Source of the DNA: a virus
Lineage: Duplodnaviria > Caudoviricetes
Strand: one strand, 5' to 3'
Length of the DNA stretch: 64,000 nucleotides
Virus record (IMG/VR): IMGVR_UViG_3300031555_001469
Below the pieces are notes generated by a model that saw nothing but the letters and a program-made list of their open reading frames with translations, searched no databases and was not told the DNA's origin. Shown piece after piece: positions 59,160 to 64,000 of the stretch. Made by a program: the position numbers and the translations under genes. Each line of letters starts with the position of its first letter. The first letter of the stretch is position 1.

Positions 59160-59456
59160 CCTTTCTACCCTCGGTTTCCCGATACTTTAATACGGGAGTA
59201 GACTATCCCATCTAATTATCTATTACTCTACTAACAAATCTGCCAGTGATATAGATAATTAGTCGATATTATAGTCGTTGAACGTCCTTCTGTTCTAGAA
59301 GTTTCGCTGCTTTTGATTGTCCAATCCTTAACGATGTCACCATACCGAGTCCGTTACTACTCGCCGCAATTGTATCCCTACAATTGTTTGGTTGTTAAGG
59401 CTCTAAGGAGTTCCCAGCAATTTAATCGATTTAACGTGGACTAGTTAGTTTAGTCA
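59160..59456 (-). ncRNA. Group I self-splicing intron (IA-like, no homing endonuclease), 297 nt
   Basis: 5' splice site after U (GUGGAU pairs with GUCCAC, U.G wobble), terminal omega-G, AAUUGCUGGGAA, GUUCAACGACUAUAA, AUAGUCU. Confidence 0.92.
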
Positions 59457-61515
59457 ATCCACAAGTACGTCTTGATACGTTCATCTTATTATGGTTTTTA
59501 TTACCACACTGTGGGCATTCCCATTCAAGATTATCATTTATAATAATTTCTCCGTCAAACCCACACTCATGACAGTAATCAGATTTGGTGTTGAATTCAG
59601 CATACTGAATATTATCATAAATAAACTTAACAAGTTCTTCTAATGCTTCGAGGTTATGACGCATATTAGGAATCTCTACATAAGAAATTGCACCACCAGA
59701 AGAAATAACCTGGAAGTCAGATTCAAACTTGAGCTTACTGAATGCATCAATCTTTTCTCTTACATCTACATGGTAAGAATTAGTATAATAACCCTTATCA
59801 GTTACATCTCTAATCTCACCAAACTTAGCTTTATCAATACGAGCAAAACGATAGCAAAGAGATTCTGCAGGGGTGCCATATAATCCAAAATGAATTCCTG
59901 TTTCTGCTTTCCAACCATCAGTTGCTCTACGAAGGCGATTCATAATCTTCAAAGCAAATTCTTTACCACCTTCTTCTGTATGACTTACACCAGTCATTAA
60001 CTTAGTAACTTCATATAATCCAATATAACCAAGGGAAATAGTGGAATAACCATTATGAAGTAACTTATCAATCTTTTCACCTGGCTTTAATCTTGCAATT
60101 GCACCGTGCTGCCAATGAATAGGGCTTACATCAGATAATGTACCCTCTAATGCTTTATGACGACACATTAATGCTTCAAAACAGAGACCAAGTCTTTCTT
60201 CTAATAACTGCCAGAAGTATTCTTCATCTCCATCTGCAATAATACCAATCTGAGGAAGATTAAGAGATACAACACCCTGATTAAATCTTCCTTCGAATTT
60301 ATATACACCATGTTCATCCTGCCATGTTGTCAAGAAACTACGGCAACCCATACAGCTGAATACGTTACCTTCATAGTGTTCTCTCATCTTCTTAGCAGAA
60401 ATATAGTCTGGATACATTCTCTTAGCAGAACAACGTACTGCTAACTTAGTGATATAATCATACTTACCACCCTGTAAACAGTTGTGTTCATCTAATACAT
60501 AAATAAGTTTTGGGAATGCAGGGGTCACATAAACACCCTTCTCATTCTTAATACCTTCTAAACGCTGACGAAGAATCTCTTCGATAATCATAGCGTTCTC
60601 TTCGATGTACTCATCATCTTTATCTAAATTTAAAAATAAAGTGACGAATGGAGATTGACCATTTGTAGTCATCAGAGTGTTAATCTGATACTGAATAGTC
60701 TGAACTCCAGATCTTAATTCATCTTTTAAGCGATCATCTACCAATTCACGTAATGTGTTTTCTGTAATCTGATCACCAAACTGAGTTCTATATTTAGCCT
60801 CATACTTTTCTCTACTCTTGCGTAAGTACTTACCTAAATGATGTGTATCTACAGACTGCCCACCATACTGACTACAAGCAACAGCAGCAATAATCTGAGT
60901 TACAATAGTACAAGCAACCTGAAAACTCTTAGGGCTTTCAATAAGTTTACCATTCATTACCGTACCATTATCAAGCATATCTCCAATATTAATTAAGCAA
61001 CAATTGAAAATAGGCTGGATAAAATAATCTGAGTCATGAAAATGAAGGATTCCATCTTCATGTGCTTTTGAAATCTTCTCAGGAAGGAGAAGACGTTTTG
61101 TAATATCTTTAGATACTTCACCTGCAATCAGATCTCTCTGAGTGGATGCAGCTGTAGCATTTTTATTTGAATTCTCTTCCATAACATCTTTGTTCTTGTT
61201 ACGAATAAGACTTAAAATAGATTCATCTGTTGTGTTAGATTTTCTAACTAATTCACGATTATATCTGTACTTGATATAATGCTTAGCCAAAGCAATCTTA
61301 CCAAATTCCATTAATTTTGTTTCGATTAAGTCCTGAATTTCTTCCACCTGAATCGTATCACAACCAAGTGCTTCGATATCAAGAATAATCTTGTTGATTC
61401 CCGATTCTTCAATACGTTCATTCTCGCCAAAATGTACATTAGCCTTGCTAATTGCAGAAAAAATTTTAGTTCTGTCGTAAGGAACTACCCTACCATCTCT
61501 TTTAATTACATTCAT
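59457..61515 (-). CDS. nrdD: Anaerobic (class III) ribonucleoside-triphosphate reductase, exon 1
   Basis: ATP cone VIKRDG, MGCRSFL, YYTNSYH, CHEC/CPQC, RRTCG. Confidence 0.95.
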
Positions 61516-61786
61516 AATTTTTAACCTCCTGTATTTTTATCGGTTTAATAATATGTCCGATAGGTGATTTAATTGTAGTAAAACTGTATCCTACCGCATT
61601 AGCGTATCTTATGATAGACTCTAATGTAGGGCTTCGATCAAAGTTAGATTCAATAGCTGAAATAGTACTAAGGGCTAGCCCCGATCTCTCAGCAAGTTCC
61701 TGCTGAGAGATGTGGGAGCTCTTTCTAGCACTTAATAAATTCATTCGAATCATACGATCTTCGATTTCATAATCAAGCGCTTCCAT
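61502..61786 (-). CDS. XRE-family HTH regulator
   Basis: ARKSSHISQQELAERSGLALSTISAIES...PTLESIIRYANAVG. Confidence 0.85.
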   Translation of the reverse strand: MEALDYEIEDRMIRMNLLSARKSSHISQQELAERSGLALSTISAIESNFDRSPTLESIIRYANAVGYSFTTIKSPIGHIIKPIKIQEVKNYECN

Positions 61787-61789
61787 AAT

Positions 61790-62626
61790 TTATTTCTCCT
61801 TCAAACTATTTAAACAGTTCTTCATAAGCATTGCTATAGTCATTGGGCCTACTCCTCCAGGAACAGGTGTAATGGCTCCAGCAATCTTTTCTACTTCATC
61901 GAACTTTACGTCGCCACAAAGCTTGTTATCTGATAATCTATGTATACCTACATCAATAACAGTAGCCCCTGGTTTGACATAATCAGCTGTAATAAATTCT
62001 GGCTTACCAATTGCTACAATCAGAATATCAGCACGCTTTGTTATCTCTTTAAGATTCTTTGTCTTAGAATGACAAATCGTAACTGTAGCATTTTCTTGTA
62101 GCATTAAAGTAGCCATAGGTTTACCAACAATATTTGATCTTCCGATTATTACACATTCTTTACCTTCAATTTCGATATTAGAACGATGTAATAACTCAAT
62201 AATACCGGCTGGTGTACATGGTAAGAATTTACCCTTACCAATAACCAGATTACCTACATTTACAGGATGGAAACAATCCACATCCTTTTCTGGTAAAATT
62301 ACAGATAATATTCTTTCCTCATTAATATGGGAAGGTAACGGAAGCTGAACTAAGATTCCATTAATATCATCATTATCATTAAGACAACGAATGATATTGA
62401 TTAATTCATATTCCGTTGTAGTTTCATCCAGATTATAATCTGTATACTGGATACCTGTATATATACAAGCATTCTTTTTATTCTTTACATATGTCGTAGA
62501 GGCGGGATTATGTCCCACCTGAACGACTGCAAGATGAATATACTTATCCTGTACTCTTAATCTATTGACAGAGCTTTTAATTTCATCTTTAATATCTTTT
62601 GAAATCTGTTTGCCATCAATTATCAT
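61790..62626 (-). CDS. folD: Methylene-THF dehydrogenase/cyclohydrolase
   Basis: MIIDGK, GILVQLPLP, KDVD, PCTPAG, GRSNIVGKP, TPVPGGVGPMT. Confidence 0.95.
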   Translation of the reverse strand: MIIDGKQISKDIKDEIKSSVNRLRVQDKYIHLAVVQVGHNPASTTYVKNKKNACIYTGIQYTDYNLDETTTEYELINIIRCLNDNDDINGILVQLPLPSHINEERILSVILPEKDVDCFHPVNVGNLVIGKGKFLPCTPAGIIELLHRSNIEIEGKECVIIGRSNIVGKPMATLMLQENATVTICHSKTKNLKEITKRADILIVAIGKPEFITADYVKPGATVIDVGIHRLSDNKLCGDVKFDEVEKIAGAITPVPGGVGPMTIAMLMKNCLNSLKEK

Positions 62627-63206
62627 TATTATCTTCCTCCTTCTTGGAAGGTATATATTTCGCATTGAAGTCACGGGTAGTCTTTTCCATAGCTTCGTAA
62701 AGCTCAGCTACTAGTTCATCAAATTTACCTTCCATATTCATATACTGCTGCATACAAGATACATGCCATATACAAATAGGCATCATACTGAAGTTAGAGT
62801 TAGACATATATTTATCCGCAACTGCAATAGCAGCAACCTTTCTACCCAAACCTTCAGCAAGTACCATAGTTATCAATTCGAGCATATCACAATTATACAT
62901 ATTTGCAATATCTACGAATCCTAATCCAGAGAATATTGTTTCAAGAGCACGACGATGCAAACCTTCTCCAGATCCAGGCATAACGATAAATATAATTTTA
63001 TCATTATGAAGAGTTCTAAAGGCTTCAATCGTTGCGCCCAGATTATCAACCTCGTAAGCATTATATCCATACTTAGTGCTTACAATATCAGTAATTATAA
63101 TTAATTCCTTATCTCCGATGATATCATCAATATCAGATACAAAATCGATATTGCTACCCCAATCGGCTTCATAAGTAATTTTGGTATCTCCAATAGAAAA
63201 TTCCAT
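62616..63206 (-). CDS. Hypothetical protein, paralog of 63208-63813
   Basis: MEFSIGDTKITY...IFSGLGFVDI. Confidence 0.75.
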   Translation of the reverse strand: MEFSIGDTKITYEADWGSNIDFVSDIDDIIGDKELIIITDIVSTKYGYNAYEVDNLGATIEAFRTLHNDKIIFIVMPGSGEGLHRRALETIFSGLGFVDIANMYNCDMLELITMVLAEGLGRKVAAIAVADKYMSNSNFSMMPICIWHVSCMQQYMNMEGKFDELVAELYEAMEKTTRDFNAKYIPSKKEEDNNDN

Positions 63207-63207
63207 A

Positions 63208-63813
63208 TTATTTTTCCTCCTTATTAGAACGTGTATTAAATTCGTGAATGACTTCTTCAAGTCTATCACATAACTTAGTAGCCATTGTATCACGATCTTC
63301 TCTTAATACCTGTCCGGATTTGACAAGATTGTCTACGTGATATTTACATAATGGGAGCAAACTGCAGTCAGAGATTATCATATAATCAATTGCACTACAA
63401 TACTCAATCACCTGAGCTCCTTTATTATCTGGAAGGATGAAAGGTCTAATATCAAGACAGTCATAATGATATAACTGATTAATATTAAAGAATCCTAATC
63501 CGTCGAAGATATTACTCTTTACTTCATATAACGTATTAACCTGCACATCAGGTTTTCCCTTGCGCTCATGCTCAGGAACATAGACTCTAGCAGCGATAAT
63601 ACAATTTTCAGTGTTTAACTGTCTGAATGCGTTTAAAGCATTCTTCATCATAACTAACTTCTCATAAGGTAATCTTCCTCCAGTAATCTCAATGGATTCG
63701 ATCATTATGAGTTCTTTCTCACCGGTGATGTCAAGGATTTTCTTGGACATCTCGTACTGCTTACCATCATCATAATAGTAAGTAATTTTTACATTTCCTA
63801 AACTGAATTCCAT
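63208..63813 (-). CDS. Hypothetical protein, paralog of 62616-63206
   Basis: MEFSLGNVKITY...IFDGLGFFNI; identical RBS region AAGGAGGAAAAATAATATGGAATT. Confidence 0.75.
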   Translation of the reverse strand: MEFSLGNVKITYYYDDGKQYEMSKKILDITGEKELIMIESIEITGGRLPYEKLVMMKNALNAFRQLNTENCIIAARVYVPEHERKGKPDVQVNTLYEVKSNIFDGLGFFNINQLYHYDCLDIRPFILPDNKGAQVIEYCSAIDYMIISDCSLLPLCKYHVDNLVKSGQVLREDRDTMATKLCDRLEEVIHEFNTRSNKEEK

Positions 63814-63814
63814 A

Positions 63815-64000
63815 TTATTTTTCCTCCTTTAATTCAACTATTCTAAGTGGTTCATGACAACATGGGCAAGTACCAGTGGTGCTTACAAATGCATAATCCT
63901 GGTCATCGTTACATGTACAACCACATAAACCGCATTTACCAAATGTCCCCGAATTAATAATTCTTATCAATTGGGGCATTGAATAGACTGTTACGGTTTT
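63815..64000 (-). CDS. 3' end of a Zn-finger protein (partial)
   Basis: ...GKCGLCGC...GTCPCCHEPL...*. Confidence 0.6.
   Translation of the reverse strand, partial: KTVTVYSMPQLIRIINSGTFGKCGLCGCTCNDDQDYAFVSTTGTCPCCHEPLRIVELKEEK

Noticed and set aside
59431-59456. Apparent premature stop or pseudogene at the nrdD C-terminus (LTKLTSPR*)
   Set aside because: This is read-through into the group I intron; exon 2 (59092-59159) restores the canonical end
1-64000. Stop-codon reassignment, as seen in some gut jumbo phages
   Set aside because: Long genes are intact under code 11, and TAA, TAG and TGA all end genes at sensible positions
1-64000. Phage-nucleus genes (chimallin, PhuZ), tRNAs, integrase or transposase
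   Set aside because: No tubulin motif, tRNA cloverleaf or recombinase motif recognised in this window; absence elsewhere in the genome cannot be judged

Overview
This window is a 64-kb, AT-rich, densely coding segment of a lytic jumbo myophage of the AR9/PBS1/phiKZ-like supergroup. The host is probably an anaerobic Firmicute, inferred from strong AGGAGG ribosome-binding sites, class III RNR nrdD/nrdG and clostridial-type folD and dcd. Coding content: a split multisubunit RNA polymerase beta' N-half with the DYDGD catalytic motif; a 3443-aa tape-measure/tail-lysin; baseplate and tail genes; paralogous internal head proteins; primase; RusA; a PC4/YdbC protein; Nudix and MazG enzymes; and accessory paralog families. 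nrdD is split by a 297-nt ORF-less group I intron, so the ORF track truncates it. The intergenic DNA shows two phage-specific promoter classes: about 11 TATATTAT-N4-RTG sites (putative early) and about 22 (A/G/C)AC(A/T)-N6-TA sites (putative late, matching the AR9 late promoter). The most novel signal is a ~110-nt structured RNA leader with compensatory base changes, present three times, each between an early promoter and a small orphan ORF; two of these units also share a near-identical terminator. Other notable signals are a fold-back mRNA that hides its own SD and AUG, and a likely -1 frameshift in the baseplate/tail chaperone. All functional calls come from motif recognition by eye; no database searches were run.
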